Source: an uncultured Candidatus Saccharibacteria bacterium | GTDB lineage: Bacteria > Patescibacteriota > Minisyncoccia > Phycocordibacterales > UBA5272 | Reading direction: 5' to 3' | NCBI GenBank assembly: GCA_964538815.1 | Contig: CAZIHL010000001.1 | Coordinates: 1,070 to 65,069, forward strand | Length of the DNA: 64,000 nucleotides | Shown: piece by piece, positions 38,323-47,728 of the stretch | Position numbering within the stretch: position 1 is the stretch's first letter | Layout of the letters: each line of letters begins with the position of its first letter | Made by a program: the position numbers and the translations under genes | The notes under the pieces: generated by a model | Seen by the model: the letters and a program-made list of their open reading frames with translations, nothing else | Told to the model about the DNA's origin: nothing | Database searches by the model: none

Positions 38323-38401
38323 CGATTTTTATATATCTTAACCTTCTTAACACTATTTTTCCACAAGAGAAATAGTGTTTTTTGTTGTCCAAAAATATGA
38401 A

Positions 38402-38437
38402 GTGGTATATAATGGGTAGAGGTGGGATATTGTGGGA
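38402..38437 (+). promoter_or_regulatory. MraZ operator repeats overlapping the mraZ promoter
   Basis: TGG(G) units at exact 10-bp spacing (38403, 38413, 38423, 38433) upstream of mraZ, matching known MraZ direct-repeat operators. Confidence 0.8.
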
Positions 38438-38459
38438 GATATCAAACCAAAGGATTAAT

Positions 38460-38894
38460 ATGCTTATCGGCCATTACATACACGGACTTGATGATAAAAA
38501 AAGAATTTCTATTCCATCAAAATGGAGAAGTGTTCTTGGTAAAAAAGTTGTAGTAACAAGCGGTCTTGATAAGTCGCTCTTTGTATTCAGTTTAAAAGAA
38601 TGGCAAAAGATTGCTGAAAAGCTTTCATCTCTTTCATTTACCAATAAAGACACTCGTAGCTTTACTCGTTTTATGCTTTCAAATGCATTTGAGGCGGATC
38701 TTGATTCTGTGGGAAGAATTTTGATTACAGATACTTTAAAAGATTTTGCTAGTATAAATAAAAAAGCTGTGCTTGTGGGTATGCATTCAAGAGTTGAAAT
38801 TTGGAGTGAAGAAGAATGGGAGAAATATTCAAATGCAAATAATAAAAGTGCTGATGCTTTGGCTACAAAACTGTCTGATATAGGTATTTTATAG
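38460..38894 (+). CDS. mraZ: Division/cell wall cluster transcriptional repressor MraZ
   Basis: LDDKKRISIP, LDSVGRILI, RVEIW; start at ATG 38460. Confidence 0.95.
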   Translation: MLIGHYIHGLDDKKRISIPSKWRSVLGKKVVVTSGLDKSLFVFSLKEWQKIAEKLSSLSFTNKDTRSFTRFMLSNAFEADLDSVGRILITDTLKDFASINKKAVLVGMHSRVEIWSEEEWEKYSNANNKSADALATKLSDIGIL

Positions 38895-38896
38895 TT

Positions 38897-39808
38897 ATGC
38901 ACGTTCCAATTTTACTCACAGAAAGTATTGATTCTTTAAATTTAAAAGAAGGTGATATTGCTGTGGATGCTACCACAAATAGAGCTGGACACTCTATAGA
39001 AATAGCAAAAAAGATTGGAAAAAGTGGCACTTTAATTTGTATTGATTTAGATAGTAAAGCTTTAAGTGAAGCTAAAATATTTTTAGAAGAAAATCTAAAG
39101 ACTACTTCTCCAAAGATTTTTTATATAAATGATAATTTTAGAAATATTAAAAATATTCTAGAAAGTTTAAATATAAAAAATATTGATGCTTTATTTGCGG
39201 ACCTCGGACTTTCCTCACAGGAAATAGATATTTCAGAACGCGGGTTCACTTTTCAAAAAGATGAACCACTACTTATGACTTTAAAAGATAATTTAGAAGA
39301 GGGTGATTTAACAGCCTCAAAAATTCTAAATTCTTGGGATGAAGAAAATATAGCAGACATTATTTACTATTATGGGGATGAAAGGTATGCCAAAAGAATA
39401 GCAAGGAATATTGTTTTAGAAAGAAAAAATAAAGAAATTAAAACTACATTTGATTTGGTGGATATAATTTCAAAATCTGTGCCAGAAGTCTATAAAAAAG
39501 GAAAGATTCATTTTGCTACAAAAACTTTTCAAGCCATTCGTATAGCTGTAAATGATGAGTTAAGAGCAGAAGAGGATTTATTAAAATCTCTTCCAGATAT
39601 TTTAAATATAAAAAGTAGAGCCAGTTTTTTAACTTTTCACTCTGGTGAGGACAGAATTTTAAAAAGAATCGTCAAAGAATATAAAGAGAATTTAAAACTT
39701 ATAAAAATAAATAATAATAAAGATTTCTTGGAGCCAAGTAGAGATGAAATAAAAAAGAATCCAAGAAGTAGAAGTAGCAAACTGCGAGTAATAGAAAAAA
39801 TAAATTAA
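38897..39808 (+). CDS. rsmH: 16S rRNA m4C1402 methyltransferase
   Basis: HVPILL, DLGLSS, FQAIRIAVNDE, NPRSRS. Confidence 0.96.
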   Translation: MHVPILLTESIDSLNLKEGDIAVDATTNRAGHSIEIAKKIGKSGTLICIDLDSKALSEAKIFLEENLKTTSPKIFYINDNFRNIKNILESLNIKNIDALFADLGLSSQEIDISERGFTFQKDEPLLMTLKDNLEEGDLTASKILNSWDEENIADIIYYYGDERYAKRIARNIVLERKNKEIKTTFDLVDIISKSVPEVYKKGKIHFATKTFQAIRIAVNDELRAEEDLLKSLPDILNIKSRASFLTFHSGEDRILKRIVKEYKENLKLIKINNNKDFLEPSRDEIKKNPRSRSSKLRVIEKIN

Positions 39809-39813
39809 TAATT

Positions 39814-40215
39814 ATGCAATTAAAAGCAGCAAAATTGAATAATGATAGACTAAATGGAAATAAACTTTTCATGCATAAGTTTAAGAGTTTTTCTACAACA
39901 AGTCTACGGACTTCTTTAAAAATACATATTATATACGCTTTAATTTTTATATTATTTGTTTTGATCTTGATTTATATATTGTCTGTAGTTTCAATAATTT
40001 TTAATATTATAAATAAAAAAGAAACTTTAGCATCTATTAATGATTTAAATATAAAATCTGCAAAAATTGAAAAAGATTATAATTTAGCAATAACAAATTT
40101 AAGCAAAAAATATGCCAATGAACATGGTTTTATAGATATAGAAATGAATGATTTTGCCATAAGAAAAGATACTGCCGCAAGCTTATCATTTTTGTATGAA
40201 AATAAATCTAAATAA
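39814..40215 (+). CDS. FtsL-like cell division protein
   Basis: Basic N-tail, TM, coiled coil ending A..HGF; lies between rsmH and ftsI. Confidence 0.6.
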   Translation: MQLKAAKLNNDRLNGNKLFMHKFKSFSTTSLRTSLKIHIIYALIFILFVLILIYILSVVSIIFNIINKKETLASINDLNIKSAKIEKDYNLAITNLSKKYANEHGFIDIEMNDFAIRKDTAASLSFLYENKSK

Positions 40216-40234
40216 AGATGATTTTATTTAATTT

Positions 40235-42076
40235 ATGCAAGAAAAAAGAAAAATTCTAAATAAAAAAACTAACATTTTTATGGGTTTTGTTTTTATTGTT
40301 TTTATTGTATTTATTTTACAACTATTTAAGTTGCAAGTAGTAAAAGGGCAAAAATATAGAGAACTCGGGGATAATCAATACTTTAATGATATTGGTGAAA
40401 ATTTTAATAGAGGTGCTATATATTTTTCAAATAAATCAAATATAATCTCTCCAGCAGTAGAAATGTCAAATGAATATGATATAGCTATAGACCCTAAAAC
40501 TACATATAGAGAATTTCAAAAAAAAATAGATAATGATGGACAAGACATGGAGTATCTTAAAGATAATTTTTATAATAAAATACAAGATATTTTTATAAAA
40601 TGGGAAGAAAAAAATAAAGAACAAAATAATGCAACAGATACATACAAGTTTGTATCTAAAGAACTTTTTTTTGAAAAATTAAATGATAAAAATTCTTCTT
40701 ATGAAATTTTAATTAAAAATATACCTGAAAATATAGCAGAGGATTTAAAAGGTTTATCTTTTAAAGGGCTTATAATAAACAGAAAAAAAAGTCGTGTTTA
40801 TTTTGAAAAAGAAATAGCGGCTAAAATATTAGGCTTTGTTGGATTTAAAGATATAAAAAAAGTAGGACTTTACGGTATAGAAAAATATTATAATGACGTT
40901 TTAGAAAAAGAATCAATCTCAAATTCTAATTTTTTTGCTGAAATTTTTTCAGATTTTAATAAAAATGAAGATTCAGAGAATAAAATAAACGAATCAACAA
41001 AAAATGGTAATTTAGAAGGAGATATAACTTTGACTGTAGATATAAACGTGGAAAGATATTTAATGCAAATTTTACAAAAAACAAAAATTAAATGGAACTC
41101 TCAAAAAGTTGGAGGAATAGTTATGAATATTAATGATGGATCCATAATAGCCATGGATGAATTTCCCTCATTTGATCCAAACAATTATAAATACGTAGAT
41201 GATATTTCTATTTATAATAATGATTTAGTTTCTGGTGTATATGAAATGGGCTCAATTATAAAACCTCTTACAGTGGCAGCAGCACTTGACTCGGGTCTTG
41301 TAAATGAAAACACAACATATAATGACACAGGAACTGTAGTGTTAAATGGTTATAAAGTTTCTAATTTTGATAAAATGGCACGTGGTTCAAGTACGCCTTT
41401 ACAAGAAATTCTTTCTCAATCTTTAAATGTAGGTATTGCTTTTCTTGTGCAGAAAATGGGAGGAGATTTATTTAGTCAATATTTTCATCAATTTGGTATT
41501 GGTGAATATACCGGAGTAGATCTCCCTAATGAATCAGCTGGCTTAGTGTCAAATTTAGATTCTCATGTAATAGTAGATTCTGTGACCGCTGGATTTGGTC
41601 AAGGTATAGCACTCACACCAATTCAAACAATAAGAGCTTTAGCTATTTTAGGTAATGGTGGTAAATTAGTTACTCCTCATGTAGTTAAAAGTATTCTTTA
41701 TAGTAACGGAGAAGAGAAAATTATTGCCACAGATAAAACTGAATCTATTTTTTCAAATGCTTCTACAAGTGAAAGGATTAGTAAAATTTTAATTAAAGTT
41801 GTAGATAATGCTATGCATATGAAAAATAATAAATACACAGTAGCAGCTAAGACAGGAACTGCACAAATGGTAAATCCAAATACAGGCAAATACTATGAAG
41901 ATAGATATTTACATTCTTTTTTTGGATATTTTCCAGCGACAAAACCAAAGTACATAATTTTTCTTTATCAAGTATACCCACAAGGTGCACAATATGCTTC
42001 ACAAACTTTAAAAGATTCTTTTTTTGATTTGGTTAATTATCTAATTAAATATTACGAAATTCAGCCAGATAGATAA
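40235..42076 (+). CDS. ftsI: Class B penicillin-binding protein (FtsI-like)
   Basis: EMGSIIK (SxxK), SLN, KTGTAQ; dcw position. Confidence 0.85.
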   Translation: MQEKRKILNKKTNIFMGFVFIVFIVFILQLFKLQVVKGQKYRELGDNQYFNDIGENFNRGAIYFSNKSNIISPAVEMSNEYDIAIDPKTTYREFQKKIDNDGQDMEYLKDNFYNKIQDIFIKWEEKNKEQNNATDTYKFVSKELFFEKLNDKNSSYEILIKNIPENIAEDLKGLSFKGLIINRKKSRVYFEKEIAAKILGFVGFKDIKKVGLYGIEKYYNDVLEKESISNSNFFAEIFSDFNKNEDSENKINESTKNGNLEGDITLTVDINVERYLMQILQKTKIKWNSQKVGGIVMNINDGSIIAMDEFPSFDPNNYKYVDDISIYNNDLVSGVYEMGSIIKPLTVAAALDSGLVNENTTYNDTGTVVLNGYKVSNFDKMARGSSTPLQEILSQSLNVGIAFLVQKMGGDLFSQYFHQFGIGEYTGVDLPNESAGLVSNLDSHVIVDSVTAGFGQGIALTPIQTIRALAILGNGGKLVTPHVVKSILYSNGEEKIIATDKTESIFSNASTSERISKILIKVVDNAMHMKNNKYTVAAKTGTAQMVNPNTGKYYEDRYLHSFFGYFPATKPKYIIFLYQVYPQGAQYASQTLKDSFFDLVNYLIKYYEIQPDR

Positions 42077-42139
42077 GTGTTTTTTGATATAACTTCTTTT
42101 ATGTTATAATTATTTATATAGATAATTTATAAATAAAAT

Positions 42140-42862
42140 ATGTCAAATGTTGTAACTCATTCTAATAATGAGAAGAAAAAGAAAGGTGGGGCTGTGACTG
42201 TAATAGTTACTTTATTAATTATAGTTTTAGCACTTTTTGGACTCAATTATATATTAAATAAAAGTAATAAAAATAATTCAGAAGTTGTACAAAAAGTTAT
42301 TGATAGCTCTTATACAATGGGTAGTGAAAATGCTTCTATAAAATTAGTAGAGTATTCTGATTTTCAATGTCCTGCATGTAAAACTTTTTCTTTAGTATTC
42401 CCAAAAGTTTATTCGTATATAAATGATAAGTATGGTCCAAACACTTTATCATTAACTTATAAATATTTTCCTTTGATTTCTATTCATAGAAATGCGCTAC
42501 TCGCAGCACAATCAGCAGAAGCGGCTAGACTTCAAGGTAAATTTTGGGAGCTTGAAAAAATACTTTTTGAAAATCAAGATGAATGGGGGTCAACTCTTGA
42601 TGCAAAAAGCCAGATCGAAGGATATGTTAGAGACATGGGAATAGATATGGCTAAATTTATTCAAGATAGAGATAGCCAAAATGTTATAGATGTTGTAAAC
42701 GCTAGTCTTGCAGAAGCTACAAAACTTAAACTCAACCATACTCCTACGGTATTTATGAACGGTGTAGAAATGGTAGATTTAGAACTTACTTCTGACTATA
42801 TTAAAAAGGTGATAGAAGATAAATTAACAGAACTTGGAATACAACCTCTTTCAGCAAATTAA
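42140..42862 (+). CDS. DsbA/BdbD-family thiol-disulfide oxidoreductase
   Basis: EYSDFQCPAC, HTPT cis-Pro motif, N-terminal TM. Confidence 0.92.
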   Translation: MSNVVTHSNNEKKKKGGAVTVIVTLLIIVLALFGLNYILNKSNKNNSEVVQKVIDSSYTMGSENASIKLVEYSDFQCPACKTFSLVFPKVYSYINDKYGPNTLSLTYKYFPLISIHRNALLAAQSAEAARLQGKFWELEKILFENQDEWGSTLDAKSQIEGYVRDMGIDMAKFIQDRDSQNVIDVVNASLAEATKLKLNHTPTVFMNGVEMVDLELTSDYIKKVIEDKLTELGIQPLSAN

Positions 42863-42937
42863 TTTAAATACAAATAGTTTTTGTCAATTAGTAAAAATTA
42901 ACAAAATCTATTTTTATTTTGTATAATTATAAAAAAT

Positions 42938-43195
42938 ATGGGAATAAAACAATTTTTTACAAAACAAGCAGCAAAATATGCTACAAGGAATTTACCAGAC
43001 GATCAAAAAGAAATGATTAATGCTCTTGTAGGACAAGATCCACAACTTTTTGAAAAAATAGCAAAAGAGACTCAAGAATTAATCAAAAGTGGTAAACCAG
43101 AAATGTATGCAAGCTTTGAAATAATGAAAAAGTATCAAAAAGAACTTCAAGAGGTAGCAGCGAAAGCTGGGATACAAAAAGAAGTACAAAGATAA
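42938..43195 (+). CDS. Hypothetical small helical protein
   Basis: 85-aa ORF with its own -10 element and a downstream hairpin. Confidence 0.75.
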   Translation: MGIKQFFTKQAAKYATRNLPDDQKEMINALVGQDPQLFEKIAKETQELIKSGKPEMYASFEIMKKYQKELQEVAAKAGIQKEVQR

Positions 43196-43200
43196 ATTTT

Positions 43201-43241
43201 AAAATAATTAGAGTGGCGCGAAGCGCCGCTCTAATTATTTT
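43201..43241. repeat. GC-rich GAA-triloop hairpin (terminator or REP-like)
   Basis: AAAATAATTAGAGTGGCGC-GAA-GCGCCGCTCTAATTATTTT. Confidence 0.7.
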
Positions 43242-43285
43242 TCCCTTTATTTTAATTCTAAAATTTGTTATCATTATTAAAATTT

Positions 43286-44401
43286 ATGTCTTTAAGTATC
43301 GGTATTGTAGGACTTCCAAATGTTGGAAAATCAACTTTATTTAATGCTCTCACAAAAAATTGTGTGCCTGCTGAGAATTATCCATTTTGTACTATTGATC
43401 CATCTGTAGGTATTGTAGAAGTTAACGACGAGAGATTATATGCTCTATCAAAAATGAGTAATAGTAAAAAAACTATTCCAGCTGTAGTAGAATTTGTAGA
43501 TATTGCAGGACTTGTAAAAGGAGCATCGGAAGGAGCGGGACTCGGAAATAAATTTTTACAACATATACGTGATACTGATGCAATACTTGAAGTTGTTAGA
43601 ATATTTGAAGATTCTAAACAAATCCACGTTGAAAATAGGATTGATCCACTACTAGATATTCAGATTATCAATTTAGAATTAATTTTGGCAGATATTGCAA
43701 CAGTAAACAAAAGACTTGAAGCGATAGAAAGAGATGTAAAAAAGGGGGACAAGGTAGCTATTAAATTTAAAGAAGCAATGCTAAAGATAAAAGCGTGTCT
43801 TGAAGATGATAGACTTGCAAATAGATTAATTGCTGAAAATAAATTAGATGAAGAAGAAATAAAATTAGTAAAAGAGCTTCATCTCATAACAATGAAGCCA
43901 ATACTTTATGCATTAAATAAAAAATCCGGAGCTACGAATTTAGACGAAACAAACGATAAAAGATTCGTCGAACTTATGAGTTATTTCAAGGAAAATAATT
44001 TTAACTACTGTACTATAGACGCAAAAGTTGAAGATGACTTAAAAGAGTTTGAAGGAGAAGAAAAAGAATTAATGAGAACTGAACTTGCTGGTGGAGTGAC
44101 AGACGACGGAATAAAAGAATTAATTAAAGAAAGCTATAAAATGCTTGGACTCGAAACATATTTCACAACAGGAGAAGACGAAACTCGTGGGTGGACTTTT
44201 AAAAAAGATAGTATTGCACCAGTTGCAGCAGCAGCAATTCATACAGATTTTCAAAATAAATTTATCCGTGCAGAAGTAGTCGCAGCTAAAGATTTATTAG
44301 ATTCTGGAAGTTATAAAGTAGCTCGAGAGAAGGGACTAGTACGAACAGAAGGGAAAGAATATATAGTGAAAGATGGGGACGTGGTAGAGTTTAGAATATA
44401 A
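43286..44401 (+). CDS. ychF: Redox-regulated ATPase YchF
   Basis: GIVGLPNVGKSTLFN, NYPFCTI, DIAGLV, EGKEYIVKDGD; start at ATG 43286. Confidence 0.96.
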   Translation: MSLSIGIVGLPNVGKSTLFNALTKNCVPAENYPFCTIDPSVGIVEVNDERLYALSKMSNSKKTIPAVVEFVDIAGLVKGASEGAGLGNKFLQHIRDTDAILEVVRIFEDSKQIHVENRIDPLLDIQIINLELILADIATVNKRLEAIERDVKKGDKVAIKFKEAMLKIKACLEDDRLANRLIAENKLDEEEIKLVKELHLITMKPILYALNKKSGATNLDETNDKRFVELMSYFKENNFNYCTIDAKVEDDLKEFEGEEKELMRTELAGGVTDDGIKELIKESYKMLGLETYFTTGEDETRGWTFKKDSIAPVAAAAIHTDFQNKFIRAEVVAAKDLLDSGSYKVAREKGLVRTEGKEYIVKDGDVVEFRI

Positions 44402-44465
44402 AGCAATATTTGATTTATTCTCTAATTTGTGATAATATTTGATAAATAGAAAAACTAAGAAATTT

Positions 44466-44696
44466 ATGAAAAAAGACATTCATGGAGAATATTTTGCGGA
44501 TGCGGTAGCAACTTGTGCTTGTGGAGCTAAATATGTTGTTGGTTCAACTGTAAAAGAATTTGAAGTTGAAATCTGCAGCGCTTGCCACCCATTCTACACA
44601 GGACAAGAGAAAGTTTTGGACACAGCAGGAAGAGTGGACAGATTTAAGAAAAAGGTTGCAGCGGCAACAGCTAAAAAAGCTACAAAGAAAGCTTAA
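44466..44696 (+). CDS. rpmE: 50S ribosomal protein L31 (zinc-binding type)
   Basis: MKKDIH...CACG...CSACHPFYTG...GRVDRF. Confidence 0.96.
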   Translation: MKKDIHGEYFADAVATCACGAKYVVGSTVKEFEVEICSACHPFYTGQEKVLDTAGRVDRFKKKVAAATAKKATKKA

Positions 44697-44765
44697 CTAT
44701 TTGAAATAAAAACATTCTCGACTTTTGAGAGTGTTTTTATTTTGCAAATATAATATAATAAAGCC

Positions 44766-45740
44766 ATGACATATACGGATGAAGATTTTAAAAATAACGA
44801 TAAGACAAAATATACTTATCCAGCATACGAAGACCTCTTAAAAAAAGAAGAAGAGGCGAGTTCACTTTTGTCTGATCCTGAAATGAAAGATATTGCAGAA
44901 GAAGAATTAAAAAGTATTAATACGCAAAAAGAAAATCTTTGGAAAGAAATGAGTGAAATTTTAGATAAGGATAAAGAGGAAGAAGAAAAACCAAAAGCAA
45001 TGATTTTAGAAATAGCAGCTGGAGCAGGAGGAGATGAATCATCTCTCTTTGCAGCTGAGCTTGCAAATATGTATCAAAATTTTGCACTTAAAAATAGATG
45101 CTCTTTCGAAAAGCTTGATGAGTCTGTGTCAGATGTTGGTGGATATAAAGATGTATCTTTTGAAATAAAAGGTCAGAAAGCTTGGGATTTATTTAAATTT
45201 GAAATGGGGGTACATCGTGTTCAACGTGTACCAGATACTGAAAAAAATGGAAGAGTGCACACTTCAACCGTAACCGTTGCTGTAATGCCAATCAGAAAAA
45301 TAAAAAAGATTACTATCAATCCAGTGGATATTGAAATGGAGACTTCTCGCTCAGGTGGTGCGGGAGGTCAGAATGTAAATAAAGTAGAAACTGCAGTGAG
45401 ACTTATTCATAAGCCTACTGGTATTGCTGTAAAATGTACAGTCGAGAGAAGTCAATTAAAAAATAGAGAAAGAGCAATGGAAATGCTACAAGCAAGACTT
45501 GATCAAATGGAAGAAGAAAAATTTAAGTCTGAAGGAGTGGAGACAAAAAGAGAACAAGTTGGTACTGGAGACAGAAGTGAAAAGATTAGAACATATAATT
45601 TTCCACAAGATAGAATTACTGATCATAGAATTAGAGAATCTTGGCATGGAATACCAAAAATAATGAGTGGAGAAATGGGACAAATTGTAGATGCTTTAAC
45701 AAATTTCAAAGGGGAATTTGGAAGTGAGGATGAAGAGTAA
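44766..45740 (+). CDS. prfA: Peptide chain release factor 1 (short N-terminus)
   Basis: PxT (PDT) recognition loop, [17 protein letters not shown]. Confidence 0.93.
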   Translation: MTYTDEDFKNNDKTKYTYPAYEDLLKKEEEASSLLSDPEMKDIAEEELKSINTQKENLWKEMSEILDKDKEEEEKPKAMILEIAAGAGGDESSLFAAELANMYQNFALKNRCSFEKLDESVSDVGGYKDVSFEIKGQKAWDLFKFEMGVHRVQRVPDTEKNGRVHTSTVTVAVMPIRKIKKITINPVDIEMETSRSGGAGGQNVNKVETAVRLIHKPTGIAVKCTVERSQLKNRERAMEMLQARLDQMEEEKFKSEGVETKREQVGTGDRSEKIRTYNFPQDRITDHRIRESWHGIPKIMSGEMGQIVDALTNFKGEFGSEDEE

Positions 45741-45820
45741 TATCATTTTAAATGAAATCAGAAACTTAAATGTTAAGTTTTGGTTTTTTTGTTTTTTTAA
45801 CATTTGATATAATTTTATAT

Positions 45821-46567
45821 ATGAAAATATTAGTTGTAGAAGACAATGTAAAATTAAATGAAGGTATTAAACTTTATTTAGAAGAAGAAGGATTTGAAGT
45901 TGATACAGCTTTTAATGGTGTTCAAGCTGTATCACGGGCTAAAGATTTACAAAAGGAAGGTACTGAATATGATGTAATAATTTTAGATAGAATGATGCCT
46001 ATGAAAGATGGCATTGAGACCCTCCGCGAAATAAAAAGTATGGGTGTTGAAAGTGGTGTTATAATTTTGACTGCCAAAGACACAATAGATGATAAAGTTT
46101 TTGGTCTTGCAGCAGGAGCTGACGATTATATGGTGAAGCCATTTAATGTAAAAGAATTAACAGCACGTATTCATTCACTCTATAGAAGAGATTTACAAAG
46201 AAGAAATCCAGTTAAAAGTATTGATAATATAAACACTCAAAAAGAAGTAGTACACAGAAATAAAGATTTAGATTTTGTGTTAAATCTAAATACTGGAGAA
46301 GTGCTTATAAATCGTGATAAAGATGACGAAAAAGTCATTTTTCTTACAAATAAGGAAGCAAATATTTTTAAAGTCTTAATCGAGGCTGATGGGTCTGTAG
46401 TAAGTAAGGAAAAAATCTTAGAAAAAATTTGGAAAGAATCTGAAGCACCAAGCAGTCGTTTTGTAGATGTGCATGTGCATAACTTACGTAATAAGCTTGC
46501 CAAAGATAATTTTTCAGGTAGAATAGAAACTATAAGGAACGCGGGATACAAATTAGTTTTTGATTAA
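45821..46567 (+). CDS. OmpR/PhoB-family response regulator
   Basis: KILVVED, LDRMMP, GADDYMVKPF, VDVHVHNLRNKL; start at ATG 45821. Confidence 0.95.
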   Translation: MKILVVEDNVKLNEGIKLYLEEEGFEVDTAFNGVQAVSRAKDLQKEGTEYDVIILDRMMPMKDGIETLREIKSMGVESGVIILTAKDTIDDKVFGLAAGADDYMVKPFNVKELTARIHSLYRRDLQRRNPVKSIDNINTQKEVVHRNKDLDFVLNLNTGEVLINRDKDDEKVIFLTNKEANIFKVLIEADGSVVSKEKILEKIWKESEAPSSRFVDVHVHNLRNKLAKDNFSGRIETIRNAGYKLVFD

Positions 46568-46573
46568 TATTAA

Positions 46574-46660
46574 AATTTTCCTGAAAATAATCTATGAAGC
46601 TTCGGCGTAGGGTCTCTCTGGGGTAAAGACGAGCCGAGGAGATTAGTTTTTAGGAAAATT
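46574..46660 (+). other. Long imperfect hairpin between response regulator and kinase genes
   Basis: Outer arms AATTTTCCTGAAAATAATCT/AGATTAGTTTTTAGGAAAATT; inner CTTCGGC/GCCGAGG and GTCT/AGAC. Confidence 0.65.
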
Positions 46661-46672
46661 ATAAAAAGAAAA

Positions 46673-47725
46673 ATGAAAATTAAACAATTTAAAGAAAATC
46701 TTTGGACTTCAACAAGGTTGAAGCTTGACATTATAGCTTCTATCTTTGTTTTTTTTATTTTATTTTCTTTTTCTTATGTTGTATATAAACTTCTAACAGA
46801 AGATATAATTTTCCAGATTTCGCCAGTTTTTAGATATTTAGAAGTGCAAGACAATTTTAATTCCTCTCAATTTTTTAATGATTTACAAAATCAAACTCTT
46901 TTCCTCTTGATAGTATCAGATATTGTGATTTTTATAGTTTCCATGTTTTTTTTCGATAGAATGGTAAAAAGGATGTTAAAACCAATCGAGTATGTTACTA
47001 ATTTGCAAAAAAGATTTGCTTCTAATGTATCTCACGAGCTTCGCACACCTCTTTCAATTATGAATATGCGTGGCGAAATATTAATGAGTAAAATTGAAAA
47101 AGAAGAAGCTAAAGAAAATAATAATACAAAATTTATTTCAGAAGCAAAAGAGGGAACACAGGTCATTTTAAAAGAGATTACAAATCTTACTGAGATAATA
47201 GATGATTTACTTTTTGAAGCTAGAATAAAATATTCTAGCAATAAAATAGAAAATATAACCGTAGAAAGATTAAAAAATATTTTAAAAAAGGCCTCTAATA
47301 ATCAGACTCATTTGAAAGGCGAAGAAGTAGATTTTAAAGTGAAAACAGAATATTTTGAAAGCGGGGAATACATAAAAGCGAATCCACTTCATATAGAAAG
47401 AATATTTAATAACCTTGTTTCCAACAGTTTTAAGTTTACTCATACGGGTGAGGTTGTTGTAATACTTGAAAAGTATAGACATAATCATAAAAATTATTTG
47501 AAAATTATTATAAAAGATACTGGAATTGGTATCAGTGAGACTGATTTACCAAAAATTAGTGAAAGATTTTATCGTGGAAAAGCAAAAGAGAATGAAGTCT
47601 CAGGGACAGGTATTGGACTTTCAATAGTTAAAGATATAGTCAACAACTATAAATGGAATATTAATATTAAAAGTAAAGAAGGAAATGGTACAATGGTAGA
47701 GATAGAAAAAATTACTCTTTATTAA
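46673..47725 (+). CDS. Sensor histidine kinase
   Basis: Two TMs, SHELRTP H-box, NLVSNSFKF N-box, DTGIG, GTGIGL. Confidence 0.95.
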   Translation: MKIKQFKENLWTSTRLKLDIIASIFVFFILFSFSYVVYKLLTEDIIFQISPVFRYLEVQDNFNSSQFFNDLQNQTLFLLIVSDIVIFIVSMFFFDRMVKRMLKPIEYVTNLQKRFASNVSHELRTPLSIMNMRGEILMSKIEKEEAKENNNTKFISEAKEGTQVILKEITNLTEIIDDLLFEARIKYSSNKIENITVERLKNILKKASNNQTHLKGEEVDFKVKTEYFESGEYIKANPLHIERIFNNLVSNSFKFTHTGEVVVILEKYRHNHKNYLKIIIKDTGIGISETDLPKISERFYRGKAKENEVSGTGIGLSIVKDIVNNYKWNINIKSKEGNGTMVEIEKITLY

Positions 47726-47728
47726 ATT

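Noticed and set aside
38402-38437. 10-bp-periodic TGGG repeats as a novel element
   Set aside because: They match the known MraZ autoregulatory operator, so they are listed as a feature instead.
7358-45820. Upstream start codons in the ORF track (7358, 15886, 16307, 28607, 36775, 38382, 43265, 44439, 45770)
   Set aside because: The extensions run through promoters, terminators or upstream genes. Downstream ATGs match family N-termini and -10 spacing.
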